This document shows positions 9,234-18,703 of a DNA stretch of 26,770 nt, in pieces. The number at the start of each line of letters is the position of its first letter. Positions within the stretch are counted from its first letter, which is position 1. Where the stretch lies: positions 1-26,770 of the forward strand of contig SDNY01000046.1 of NCBI GenBank assembly GCA_004524535.1, in the 5' to 3' direction. Under the pieces are notes generated by a model that saw nothing but the letters and a program-made list of their open reading frames with translations, made no database searches and had not been told where the DNA came from. Origin of the DNA: Promethearchaeota archaeon. Its GTDB lineage: Archaea; Asgardarchaeota; Lokiarchaeia; Sigyniarchaeales; SOKP01. Both the position numbers and the translations under genes were made by a program.

Positions 9234-9419
9234 CTAAATATCGAATAAGGTAATATTTACATAATTTGTGTTGCTAAAAATCGCATGAGGTAATATTTAC
9301 ATATCTTGTGTTGCTAAATATCGCATGAGGTAATATTTACATATCTTGTGTTGCTAAACATCGCATGAGGTAATATTTACATATCTTGTGTTGCTAAACA
9401 TCGCATGAGGTAATATTTA
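9234..9419. repeat. 40-bp tandem repeat, ~4.6 copies, no spacers
   Basis: Unit TCGCATGAGGTAATATTTACATATCTTGTGTTGCTAAA(C/T/A)A starts at 9241 (diverged), 9281, 9321, 9361 and 9401 (partial). Confidence 0.95.
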
Positions 9420-9585
9420 TCATTAATGAATAATTATTCATAATTCTTAAATTATATCAGATATTTATCCTTAATGTGATATTTAATTAAGTAAAAAAGT
9501 CATTTTTATATATATAAAAAATAACTCTTAGAATCTATTTTAAGATTTCATATGGAATAAAATGATAAAGGAATTGTGATAAAAA

Positions 9586-10530
9586 TTGGATGATAAAAGT
9601 GAAATAGATTTAGCAATCATTGGTGGGGGACCTGCAGGATTAACAGCTGCAATTTATGGGCCAAGAATGGGATTAAAGACTATTCTTTATGAGGGTGAAG
9701 CTTTTGGAGGTTTAGCTGGGACAGCCCCTAAAATCGAAAATTATCCCGGATTTGAAACTATTATCGGGCTTGAATTAACAGAAAAAATGAAGAAACAAGC
9801 TGAAAAATGGGGGGCTACATTTGTATTTGATAAAGTTTCTGCTATCAATCCAAAAGAAATGACCTTAAATACCGCGGAAGGTACGATAAAAGCAAAAGCC
9901 ATAATAATTGCTACGGGATCGAAACATCGAAAGGCTGGATTATCAAATGAGAGTGAATTAGAAGGTAATGGAATTTCTTACTGTGCTATATGTGATGGTC
10001 CTTTATTTAGAAATCAAGTGGTTGCTGCGGTTGGCGGCGGTAATGCAGCTGGTTTGGAAGTAATTTATTTATCAGGTGTAGCAAAAGAAGTATATCTTAT
10101 TCATAGACGTGACCGTATGCGTTCAGAAAAACCAATTGCAGATGAGGTTCAATCATTAAAGAACGTTATAAAAATGTTTAACTGCACCATTGAAGAAGCG
10201 ATAACAGAAAATAACAAATTAAGTAAATTAATAATCAAAAATCATAAAACTAACGAAATAACTGAAATAGATTTAAAGGCTCTCTTTGTTGCAATAGGAG
10301 TTGATCCACAGAGTGAGATAGCGAAAAAAGCAGGCATTGAAACTGATGAAAATGATTTTATTAAAGTCAATGAGAAACAAGAAACTAATTTTCCTGGTAT
10401 TTATGCAGCGGGAGATGTAACAGGTGGAATGCGACAAGTCACAACAGCAGTAGGGGAAGCATCAACAGCAGCAATGAATGCATATTTATTTATTAAAAAA
10501 GGATGGTATGGAGAAGGAGAGCCAAAATAA
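9586..10530 (+). CDS. trxB: Thioredoxin-disulfide reductase
   Basis: IIGGGPAGLTAA FAD motif, SYCAICDG active site, VGGGN, IHRRD and GIYAAGDV. Confidence 0.93.
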   Translation: MDDKSEIDLAIIGGGPAGLTAAIYGPRMGLKTILYEGEAFGGLAGTAPKIENYPGFETIIGLELTEKMKKQAEKWGATFVFDKVSAINPKEMTLNTAEGTIKAKAIIIATGSKHRKAGLSNESELEGNGISYCAICDGPLFRNQVVAAVGGGNAAGLEVIYLSGVAKEVYLIHRRDRMRSEKPIADEVQSLKNVIKMFNCTIEEAITENNKLSKLIIKNHKTNEITEIDLKALFVAIGVDPQSEIAKKAGIETDENDFIKVNEKQETNFPGIYAAGDVTGGMRQVTTAVGEASTAAMNAYLFIKKGWYGEGEPK

Positions 10531-10748
10531 ACTAAATAAATACTTCTTTGAAAAAGGCTCAAAGAGTTTTTATTAAGTAATTTTAATTCCTATTATTTTC
10601 TTTTAATCTCGAAATCTATAGTAACCATAAAATTTCTCATGAAGTCTAAGTAAACCAGATGGATCGATTTGCGAGATATCTGTAATCTTGTATACTATAT
10701 GCATATTACTCTCATATTTGAAATTTAACCCATATTTATTCATTAGAT

Positions 10749-11672
10749 ATGGAAGATAGTAAAATTTCAGAAGTCATCGAAGAATTTCTATTTGCTAAAG
10801 AAATTGAAGAAGGGTGCGCATTATCTACAATAAAAGCGTATCGATACGATCTTCATAAATTTTTTAATATAATAGGAGATATGAGCGTTAATTCTCCATT
10901 GTTACGTCAAAAAATCAGATTATTTTTAAAAAAGTTAAAAGAAAAAAACTATTCAAAGAAAGCTATTGCAAGAAAAATTGCTTCTTTACGATCCTTTTTT
11001 AAGTTTTTAATACTAAATGAGTTAATTATAAAGAATCCTATGGATAGAATCCAAAGTCCAAAAATTAAAACCGAAGAAAATCTTCCTAAATTTCTTGATA
11101 TTTCAGATATAAAAAAAATTTTCACGAGATTAAAGGATGAAAAGCAATTAAACTCTGAAAAAAGTCAACTTCAGTATTTAATTGTTAGGTTGCTGTATTC
11201 TACTATGGCTAGAGTCAGTGAACTATGTAATATTAAAATTAAGGATGTAAATATTACACAAGGCTATATTAGACTACGAGGAAAGGGGAACAAAGAAAGA
11301 TTTGTTCCTGTCGATGAAAAAACTTTAGAACTTATTAAGGAATATCTGCAAAATAGAATTTTTTATAATTCTGACAACTTTTTATTGCTAAATACAAGAA
11401 ATCAGAGATTAAATCCTCGAGTTGTGCAGGAATACGTAAAAAACATAAAATTAAAATGTGATTTCCCAGATTCTAAGATAATAACTCCGCATGTGTTTAG
11501 ACATACAGGTGCGACTCATCTTAGACGCTCAGGGATGGATATTAGCGAATTACAAGATATTTTAGGGCATTCAAGTCCGAATACAACCAGAATTTACGCA
11601 AAAAATGATATATCTAAAGTAAAGCAATCGTATAATACGATGCATCCATTAAATACAATCGAGGATTTATAA
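10749..11672 (+). CDS. xerA: XerA/XerC-like tyrosine recombinase
   Basis: N-terminal SAM-like domain (TIKAYRYDL, ARKIASLRSFFKFL); catalytic R (ARVSEL), GKGNKER, TPHVFRH, LGHSS and TTRIY. Confidence 0.88.
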   Translation: MEDSKISEVIEEFLFAKEIEEGCALSTIKAYRYDLHKFFNIIGDMSVNSPLLRQKIRLFLKKLKEKNYSKKAIARKIASLRSFFKFLILNELIIKNPMDRIQSPKIKTEENLPKFLDISDIKKIFTRLKDEKQLNSEKSQLQYLIVRLLYSTMARVSELCNIKIKDVNITQGYIRLRGKGNKERFVPVDEKTLELIKEYLQNRIFYNSDNFLLLNTRNQRLNPRVVQEYVKNIKLKCDFPDSKIITPHVFRHTGATHLRRSGMDISELQDILGHSSPNTTRIYAKNDISKVKQSYNTMHPLNTIEDL

Positions 11673-11841
11673 AAATAGATAAGTTTTCATTCGTTTTTTC
11701 AATATTATTGATATTTATTATAATTAATGACTCAGTTTTAGTCGTAATCTAAATATGAACTAATAGATACCAGAAAATTTAAACTTAAAATGTAATATAA
11801 TTATTTATACAATAAAAAAATAAAAAAATCAGCGATTTTAC

Positions 11842-13038
11842 ATGGATGAGGATGAATTTCGAGCGCAATTCAATAAAAAATCAGTTTTTAAACAAGCAAG
11901 CTCATTAGATTTAAGCTACGTTCCAGAAAAATTATATTGCCGAGATGAAGTTATTAAAAAACTAATCTATAATTATCGCAGAATTTTTGAAGAAACCGAT
12001 GAGCCTCCTAGTATAAATTGTTTATTATTGGGAAAAGGAGGGATTGGGAAAACCATAACAGCTAGATTTTTCGGAAAAACCTTTCATACAATTGCTTTAG
12101 AAAAAGATTTTAAACTTTTTATTGAGTATTATAATTGTATTAATTTCAGATCCAAAAGCAAAATTATAAGAGAATTATTAGCAAAATATACCCACGGATC
12201 TGGAAGGGGTTTTTCTGATGATGAAGCATTGAAGTTAATTTTGACGCAACTGGTCAGAAATAATGGATACATGTTTTTGGTAATTGATGAAATTCATCTT
12301 TTAAAACCTGAAGATGTCTTAGCTTTTCTGGATATAGCCGAAACTTTTGGACATCAAAATGCAAAGCTTTCCATATTACTAGTTAGTAGAATTAAAGATT
12401 GGATGACAATTGAGACTGAAAGAATTTTAAGTAGATTAAATGATAAAATTAGACTTAAACCCTATGATTTTGAGGATTCAATGTTAATTTTGCAATATAG
12501 AAGCGATTTAGCATTTAAGGAAAACGTCATTGATGATGAAATTTTGACTATGATTGCTCAAATTGTCGTAGCGCACAAAAATATGCGACATGGTATCGAA
12601 ATATTACGAAAAAGCGGTTTATATGCCGATAAAGAAGGAATAAATCATATAACGGCAGATATAATAAGGGCTGCTTCAAATGAGGTATATCCTACATTCA
12701 GAGGAGATATTGTGGACCAATTAAACGACCAAGAACTCCTTGCTTTATATGGAATTGTAAAGACTTTAATAAATAATGATGAGCCGTTTACTCTAGTTGA
12801 TGATGCTTACGAAGAATATTTAGTAGTATGTGAAAATTATTCAATCTCCCCCCATGTTAAAATGAGCTTTCGGAAATATGTTCGACAACTTAATCAACTG
12901 AAAATAATTGCGTCTAAAACCGTGAGGATCGAAGAAGCCCAACGTGGTCGACATTTACAAATTACTTTATTAGATATCCCAGCTATAAAACTTAAAGAAC
13001 TATTAGAAGATATATTTGAAAAAAAATTTGTATCATAA
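11842..13038 (+). CDS. cdc6: Orc1/Cdc6 family replication initiator (AAA+ plus winged helix)
   Basis: LDLSYVPEKLYCRD, Walker A GKGGIGKT, YYNC, Walker B VIDEIH, L.PY....IL..R and a C-terminal winged helix with GR. Confidence 0.9.
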   Translation: MDEDEFRAQFNKKSVFKQASSLDLSYVPEKLYCRDEVIKKLIYNYRRIFEETDEPPSINCLLLGKGGIGKTITARFFGKTFHTIALEKDFKLFIEYYNCINFRSKSKIIRELLAKYTHGSGRGFSDDEALKLILTQLVRNNGYMFLVIDEIHLLKPEDVLAFLDIAETFGHQNAKLSILLVSRIKDWMTIETERILSRLNDKIRLKPYDFEDSMLILQYRSDLAFKENVIDDEILTMIAQIVVAHKNMRHGIEILRKSGLYADKEGINHITADIIRAASNEVYPTFRGDIVDQLNDQELLALYGIVKTLINNDEPFTLVDDAYEEYLVVCENYSISPHVKMSFRKYVRQLNQLKIIASKTVRIEEAQRGRHLQITLLDIPAIKLKELLEDIFEKKFVS

Positions 13039-13130
13039 TTCTACATTCAGCTTAAGGATTTATTGTCGACACTTGCGTTGATTTCGGATTTAAATGTTAT
13101 TAATCATAAATTACAACTGATGGAAAAAAA

Positions 13131-14372
13131 ATGAATGAAAATACTAAATGGTTTAACAATAAATGGTGGATTTCCCCTCTCAACTACGATGGAGAATTGA
13201 GAGAAGGTTTTGATTTGCCTGCAAAAGTTTATGTGAGAGACTCAACGATTCGAGAAGGCGAAGAAACTCCAGGTGTTTATTATACATTAGAGCAAAAAAT
13301 TAAAATCGTTGAAAAACTCGAAGAATTAGGAGTCGAGCACATAGATTGTGGGTATATTGGACAAGTTCAAGACCAGTGGGACTTAGCAAACGAAATTAAA
13401 GAAAGGGGCATCAGATTAAAGACATATTCTCATTTAAGTACAAATCCCACACGTTGGGAGGATGAAATAAAAAAATCTTTAGAAGCTAAACTTGATTATA
13501 TTGGCTTTGGAATTGTTTTAACTCCTTGGCAGCTCCAATTATTTACTGGTAATGATAAAGTAACTCCAGAAGTGATGATCGGTTTAATACCATCTGTTCT
13601 AAGGAGAATTAAAAAGTTAGGTGGTCAAGCAATCTTAGATTGTGTTGACGCCACTCGCTCAGAGATGCCTATTTTAAAAAAAGCAATTGAAAAAGGAGTT
13701 AAAATGGGTGCTAATATGGTGATGTTATATGACACTGTAGGAGCATGCTGCGTTCCCGCAATTTCTTACATGATTAAACAATTAAAACCAATTGTCAATG
13801 AGGTACCGCTTGGAATACATGTTCACGATGATTTTGGCTTGGGAACTGCTTCCACTATTGCTGCTGTAGAGCAAGGAGCAATATATATGGACTTAGTTGT
13901 TAATAAATTAGGAGATCGTGCAGGAAATACCTCTCTTGAAGAAGTTGTTGTTGCACTAGAGATGCTATATGGGATTGATACCTCGATAGAATTATCGAAA
14001 TTATACGAGATTAGTAAATATATTGAAAAAGTTTCTGGAGTACCATTGCCTTATAATAAACCCGTGGTAGGCCGGAATACATTTATACATGAAAGCGAAC
14101 TTCATGTTATGAGCGCATTAGAAAAAGATAAATATTGGATGTGTTTCACACCCTATAGACCTGAAGTTGTTGGTCAAGAAGAAAATATAATTTTTGGTCC
14201 AACCACATTACATGGCGATGCTATTAGAATGAAATGTAAACAACTTGGAATCGTTAATTACGAAAAATATGTTGACGAGATATTAGAAAAAACACATTCC
14301 ATTATTACTAAAAAGAAATTCATTACCGAAAAAGAATTAGAATTGTTAATTAAAGAATTAAAAATTGATTAA
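13131..14372 (+). CDS. DRE-TIM metallolyase, homocitrate/isopropylmalate synthase-like, lacking the LeuA regulatory domain
   Basis: RDSTIREGEETPG, YDTVG, GIHVHDDFGLG, LGDRAGNTSLEEV and NKPVVG.N.F.HES..H. Confidence 0.8.
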   Translation: MNENTKWFNNKWWISPLNYDGELREGFDLPAKVYVRDSTIREGEETPGVYYTLEQKIKIVEKLEELGVEHIDCGYIGQVQDQWDLANEIKERGIRLKTYSHLSTNPTRWEDEIKKSLEAKLDYIGFGIVLTPWQLQLFTGNDKVTPEVMIGLIPSVLRRIKKLGGQAILDCVDATRSEMPILKKAIEKGVKMGANMVMLYDTVGACCVPAISYMIKQLKPIVNEVPLGIHVHDDFGLGTASTIAAVEQGAIYMDLVVNKLGDRAGNTSLEEVVVALEMLYGIDTSIELSKLYEISKYIEKVSGVPLPYNKPVVGRNTFIHESELHVMSALEKDKYWMCFTPYRPEVVGQEENIIFGPTTLHGDAIRMKCKQLGIVNYEKYVDEILEKTHSIITKKKFITEKELELLIKELKID

Positions 14373-14420
14373 ATCACCCCATTTCAGTTACTATAACTCT
14401 AAAATTTTATTATTTTAATT

Positions 14421-14444
14421 TTTCTTTTAAAAGTAGAAGATTTA
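14421..14444 (+). repeat. 24-bp direct repeat, left of three-gene cassette
   Basis: TTTCTTTTAAAAGTAGAAGATTTA; 23/24 identical to 16952-16975. Confidence 0.65.
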
Positions 14445-14579
14445 ACTTCACTATTTCTTACTAAATTCGCAAACTCTTAACGATTATTAGAAATTATATG
14501 TTGCATTTTAAACAATCATATTGATATATATAAAAATACAATGTAATATTTGAAGAATAATTACTTGAAGAGGTTGAAT

Positions 14580-15137
14580 ATGAATAGTGAAGAAGATTTA
14601 GATGAGCTTAAAATTATTGAACAGTACATCATTCTTCTTTTGGGGGTAATGGATAAGCCGATTCCATCAACGACTCATTTACAAAAAGAGTTATTCTTTC
14701 TTTCCCAAGCAAATCCAATTATTAGAAATTTCATTACTTTTCAAAAACATTATTTTGGACCATATTCGGATGTAGTAGATGATTTATCGAGAAATCCAGT
14801 TCATTTTAAAGATCCGTTTGAATATGACAAAGATGACAAGTTTATATTAATGGAAAATGGTAAAGAAATATTCAAAAAATTAGTTGATCATAATAATGCT
14901 AATGAAGACTTCCAAAAATTGCTAAGTGCTATGAAATTAGCCAGAAAATTATATGAGAAATTAACTACTGATGAGTTGCTATTTCTAATATATATAACTT
15001 ATGGAGAATATATTGAGAAATCACATAAAGCTAAAGAACTACTTAGTGAAAGAAATAGATTAAAAATTGCTCAACGGTTATTAAAAAAGGGCGTAATTAC
15101 GAAGGGACGATATTTAGAATTGGTGGAATCTCAATGA
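14580..15137 (+). CDS. SocA/Panacea (DUF4065/YwgA)-like winged-helix protein
   Basis: I.STTHLQKELFFL ... F..HYFGPYS..V motif; ATG 14580 follows GAGGTTG (ORF track starts at TTG 14550). Confidence 0.6.
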   Translation: MNSEEDLDELKIIEQYIILLLGVMDKPIPSTTHLQKELFFLSQANPIIRNFITFQKHYFGPYSDVVDDLSRNPVHFKDPFEYDKDDKFILMENGKEIFKKLVDHNNANEDFQKLLSAMKLARKLYEKLTTDELLFLIYITYGEYIEKSHKAKELLSERNRLKIAQRLLKKGVITKGRYLELVESQ

Positions 15138-15679
15138 ATAAGATACGGGTAATTCCTGACAGCAGTTTCTATATTTGTTTCATTGATAATATTAAAGACC
15201 ATAAAAGCATTATTGAAATAATCAAAAATGATAAATTTAAATTTATAATAGGTGTTGTTGTTAAAAGTGAGATAGCGAAATCACCCAATTACAATAGAAT
15301 TGAAGCTGTAATTGAACCAGATGTAGAGTTATTCTCAGAAATAAATTATGGAGAAATATTAAGACCTTTGTTTTCAAAAGAGGAATTGAAAAAAGGTGAA
15401 AATGAAGTAATAACAATTTCATTTATATTATTTGATTTAGATTATGATATTATAACTATTATAGATGATGAGGAACCAAGACAATTTTTTATTAATAATT
15501 TAACTGAATGTGCTGATAAATTGACAGGTACTATTGGATTTATTGGAGATTGTGTCTGTATTTATGAGGTTTTTAAAAAGGATAAAGGATTAAGTATCTT
15601 GGTGGCTATCAAAAATTCAAAATTTAGAATTACTAAAGTCATAATTAATGAGGTAATGAATAAGATTAGAGATTGTTAA
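15134..15679 (+). CDS. PIN-domain protein
   Basis: VIPDSSFYI, V.SEI, GENEVI, IIDDEEPR and GTIGFI give the PIN acidic residues; ATGA overlap with the upstream gene. Confidence 0.65.
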   Translation: MNKIRVIPDSSFYICFIDNIKDHKSIIEIIKNDKFKFIIGVVVKSEIAKSPNYNRIEAVIEPDVELFSEINYGEILRPLFSKEELKKGENEVITISFILFDLDYDIITIIDDEEPRQFFINNLTECADKLTGTIGFIGDCVCIYEVFKKDKGLSILVAIKNSKFRITKVIINEVMNKIRDC

Positions 15680-15680
15680 A

Positions 15681-16874
15681 ATGGTAAAGGATATTAATAT
15701 TAGGGAAGCAATTATGGATAAAACTTCCCATTTTAATATAAAAAGATTTAAGATTGGGAATTTAAGGATAAATGGCCCTACTAAGATAATAGATATTAGA
15801 GATACAACAAAAGACTTATTTAATAGAGAAAGTAATAAATTTAAAAATATTATTTTAGAAAATTCAAAGCTGGTTATAGAGGATACAATCAACAAAGTTT
15901 TACAAGAATCTGATGACCAAAAAATAAAGCAGCAATTCGGTTATAAAGAATGGTTTTCTATATATCCTTTCATAATTTCTCATACTTTTAAATTTAATCC
16001 CTATCAAAATTATGATAAAATAGAAAAGATTGCTGAATATTTTGACTACTATTATGAATTTTCTAATCCCTTTTTATTGATACCAAATATAAAAATTGAA
16101 AAATATATTTCAGAAAAAGATAAATCAGGGAAGATTCAAACTAAAAAGATAAAAATAATTAATCTTGAGGATTACATCAAATTCGTTGATGAAACCTATG
16201 ATATATTGAATTATAAAAATAAAAAACCAATTTTTGTACCCTTATCTTTAAAATTTGGAATAACAGACATCAAAAAATTAGCTCAAGAATTTATTAAAAA
16301 GGAGTATTTCAATATTTGGATTGATTTTGAAGGCTCTGCGATATCTAAAACTAAGATAGCAAGAATTAGAGCTTTCTGGAGGCAATTTGATGAAAAATTA
16401 AGAACAAAAGATATTGTAATTTATTCTACAAATCTAAAAAGAGAAATAATATCCAATAAATATGATGATGAGAGTCCCTCCTCGGATATTTTAGCTTCAA
16501 TAATAGGTTCAAATATAATTGGCGTTAATAGAGAACCCCCGAGAATCCCAAATCGTGCTTTAAGTCCAGAAGAGTTACTAGAATTGAAATTACATAAAGC
16601 AAGAATATTCGATTCCAATACTTATTATTATCTTAAACTTAAGGCATCAAATCTTAATAAAAAACAACAAAAAAATCTCATGAAACCTAATTTTAATAAA
16701 ATATTTAATTCAGGACTTTTAGAAAATGAATTTAAAAATCAATCCCAATATTTTCTAGACAATAATCAAATTGAAGGATATATTTCCAATAAAGAAATGA
16801 TTCAGAACTATAAAGATGGAGAATTAAAACGTGATTTATTCCATAAAGATATTAAAATTTCATCATGGTTCTAA
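15681..16874 (+). CDS. Hypothetical protein (possible TIM-barrel/TGT-like fold)
   Basis: 397-aa ORF starting 1 nt after the PIN gene stop; alternating beta/alpha pattern (LLIP, IFVPL, IWIDFEG, VIYSTN, IIGVN). The fold call is inference only. Confidence 0.5.
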   Translation: MVKDINIREAIMDKTSHFNIKRFKIGNLRINGPTKIIDIRDTTKDLFNRESNKFKNIILENSKLVIEDTINKVLQESDDQKIKQQFGYKEWFSIYPFIISHTFKFNPYQNYDKIEKIAEYFDYYYEFSNPFLLIPNIKIEKYISEKDKSGKIQTKKIKIINLEDYIKFVDETYDILNYKNKKPIFVPLSLKFGITDIKKLAQEFIKKEYFNIWIDFEGSAISKTKIARIRAFWRQFDEKLRTKDIVIYSTNLKREIISNKYDDESPSSDILASIIGSNIIGVNREPPRIPNRALSPEELLELKLHKARIFDSNTYYYLKLKASNLNKKQQKNLMKPNFNKIFNSGLLENEFKNQSQYFLDNNQIEGYISNKEMIQNYKDGELKRDLFHKDIKISSWF

Positions 16875-16951
16875 ATTCATTAAAGATTTAATAGCTTTAC
16901 TTTTATCTTCTTTTTTTTTCTCAAAAATTTATAGCTTATATTTGCAATAAC

Positions 16952-16975
16952 TTTCTTTTAAAAGTAGAAAATTTA
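16952..16975 (+). repeat. 24-bp direct repeat, right of three-gene cassette
   Basis: TTTCTTTTAAAAGTAGAAAATTTA; matches 14421-14444. Confidence 0.65.
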
Positions 16976-17041
16976 TAATAACTATATTTTGAAGAATATC
17001 AACTAATTAACAGAATTTTTTTCTTGAAAGACTATAAAATT

Positions 17042-17303
17042 CTAATATCTCTCTTTTTCTGACTTGGATTTACTATACCAATCCAACCATTCTTTACGAC
17101 GACTTTTTTGGCGCTGAAAATCATCACCATCGGAAACATTTTGATCTCTAATCTTTTTCCAATAACGGTCTAATTCAGCTCTTGTTAAAGACAAGCCACA
17201 TGACTTACAGACCATTGATTTTGTATCGGGGATATATTTCATGACCCCAGCGCAAACCAGAAGCGCCTGACATTACAAACGCTCTTTCTGGGCATCTAGC
17301 CAT
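17042..17303 (-). CDS. Small Zn-ribbon protein, 76 aa after splicing; exons 17303-17286 and 17254-17042
   Basis: Joined product MARCPE|CAGVMKYIPDTKSMVCKSCGLSLTRAELD...RRKEWLDWYSK has two CxxC knuckles. The ORF-track version (from 17242) lacks the first knuckle. Confidence 0.85.
17255..17285 (-). other. 31-nt BHB-type intron in the Zn-ribbon gene
   Basis: UGC-CCAG-AA^A-GAGCGUUUG-UAAUGU-CAGGCGCUU-CUGG-UU^U-GCG: 4-bp central helix, two 3-nt bulges, paired inner and outer helices. Confidence 0.88.
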
Positions 17304-17458
17304 TGTTTTTAAAACATCCTCTGTAATTGTTAGGTGATCATGATTCTTTTCTTATTTATTATAATATTAGAATTATTTAATTTTAAAATATTTATTGAAT
17401 TAATTTTCTTAACTCATAAATTATAATGTAATAACTTATGTTTTTGAAGTGAGAATAT

Positions 17459-18685
17459 TTGAAGTCAGATGTTTATTTTTTTACAGCAAGAACTAATACT
17501 TATGATGAAAGCCTATCGAAGATAAAAGGACCTTTAGCTTTAGAAAAATTAGGTATTAAACAGAAAATAAATAATAAAGATAAAATCGTAGTTAAAACCC
17601 ATTTTGGTGCCGAAGAAAATGTCAGATATTTAAGACCATCCTATATAAGGTTTTTGTGTGATTATGTAAAAGAATTAGGGGGTGTTCCTTCTGTTGCTGA
17701 ATCCTGTGGTTGGGGTGTCCCTGGTGCTAAGGGGGAATATGGAGGTCGAGCAAATGAAGAGGAATATTTAGCTGTTGCGTTAAAACACGGTTTTACTGAA
17801 GAGACAATGGGAGCTCCTCTTATGATGTTAGATGGTCCAGATGGAATAGATTATGAGATTCAAAAAATAAATGGGAAAAGATTTAAAGAAGTTTTAGTAG
17901 CTGGTCGATTGAGAGAATTTAACTATTTGATTTTAGCTTCCCATTTTAAAGGCCATCCAGGGGCGGGTTATGGAGGAGCAATTAAAAATTTAGGAATTGG
18001 ATGTGTCTCTAAAGGAGGAAAAATTCAAGCTCATAATGGAAAGAAGTTTAAATTTGATTTTAATGCTCCAATCTCTGATTATGAGGATTGTATAAAAATC
18101 TGTCCTACAAAAGCATTAACCGAAGGAAAAAATGGAAAATTAAATAGGGACGAAAATAAATGTAGATTCTGCTATATGTGTAAATCTGTTTGTAAAAACG
18201 ACGTTATAGATATTGGGGCTTCTACGCAAGAGGAATTTATTATACAGATGGTCGATAATGCAAAAGGAGTTGTTGATTATTTTGGCGGCAAGGAAAAAAT
18301 TTTTTATATTAATTATGCAATTGATATTACTTATCAATGCGATTGTAGTGGCGGTTCCGATGTTCCTTTTATCCCGGATATTGGAATTTTATCATCTTCA
18401 GATCCAGTTGCATTAGACCAAGCGTGTATTGATTTAGCACATTTATCTTCTATAAGTCCCCATTCAATTTTAGGTGAAATTAAGAATTTACCAATAAAAG
18501 ATGGAAAATGTGAGTGGTTTTCATATATTCCACGATTCAATCCAGAAACTAAAAAAGTTGATTTAAATCCTGATGGTAAAATATCAAAACTATGGGAAAT
18601 TCAATTGAAAGCTGCTGAAGAGGTTGGTCTTGGAAATAGGAATTACAACTTAATAGAAGTAGAAATTGAGAAAAAAAAAGAATAA
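17459..18685 (+). CDS. DUF362 domain Fe-S protein with inserted ferredoxin-like module
   Basis: VVKTHFG, SHFKGH..AGYGGAIKNLGIGC, CRFCYMCKSVC, QCDC and DPVALDQAC. Confidence 0.85.
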   Translation: MKSDVYFFTARTNTYDESLSKIKGPLALEKLGIKQKINNKDKIVVKTHFGAEENVRYLRPSYIRFLCDYVKELGGVPSVAESCGWGVPGAKGEYGGRANEEEYLAVALKHGFTEETMGAPLMMLDGPDGIDYEIQKINGKRFKEVLVAGRLREFNYLILASHFKGHPGAGYGGAIKNLGIGCVSKGGKIQAHNGKKFKFDFNAPISDYEDCIKICPTKALTEGKNGKLNRDENKCRFCYMCKSVCKNDVIDIGASTQEEFIIQMVDNAKGVVDYFGGKEKIFYINYAIDITYQCDCSGGSDVPFIPDIGILSSSDPVALDQACIDLAHLSSISPHSILGEIKNLPIKDGKCEWFSYIPRFNPETKKVDLNPDGKISKLWEIQLKAAEEVGLGNRNYNLIEVEIEKKKE

Positions 18686-18703
18686 TATTTCATAACAACC
18701 AGA

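Noticed and set aside
9234-9419. CRISPR array
   Set aside because: Units are contiguous and near-identical with no unique spacers, and there are no cas genes in the window.
10603-10743. 46-codon minus-strand ORF divergent from xerA
   Set aside because: Only 5 nt separate it from the xerA start, leaving no promoter space, and it has no recognisable motif.
11673-11841. Replication origin with ORB elements upstream of cdc6
   Set aside because: AT-rich, but no TTCCA..GGAAAC/G-string ORB-like repeats are visible.
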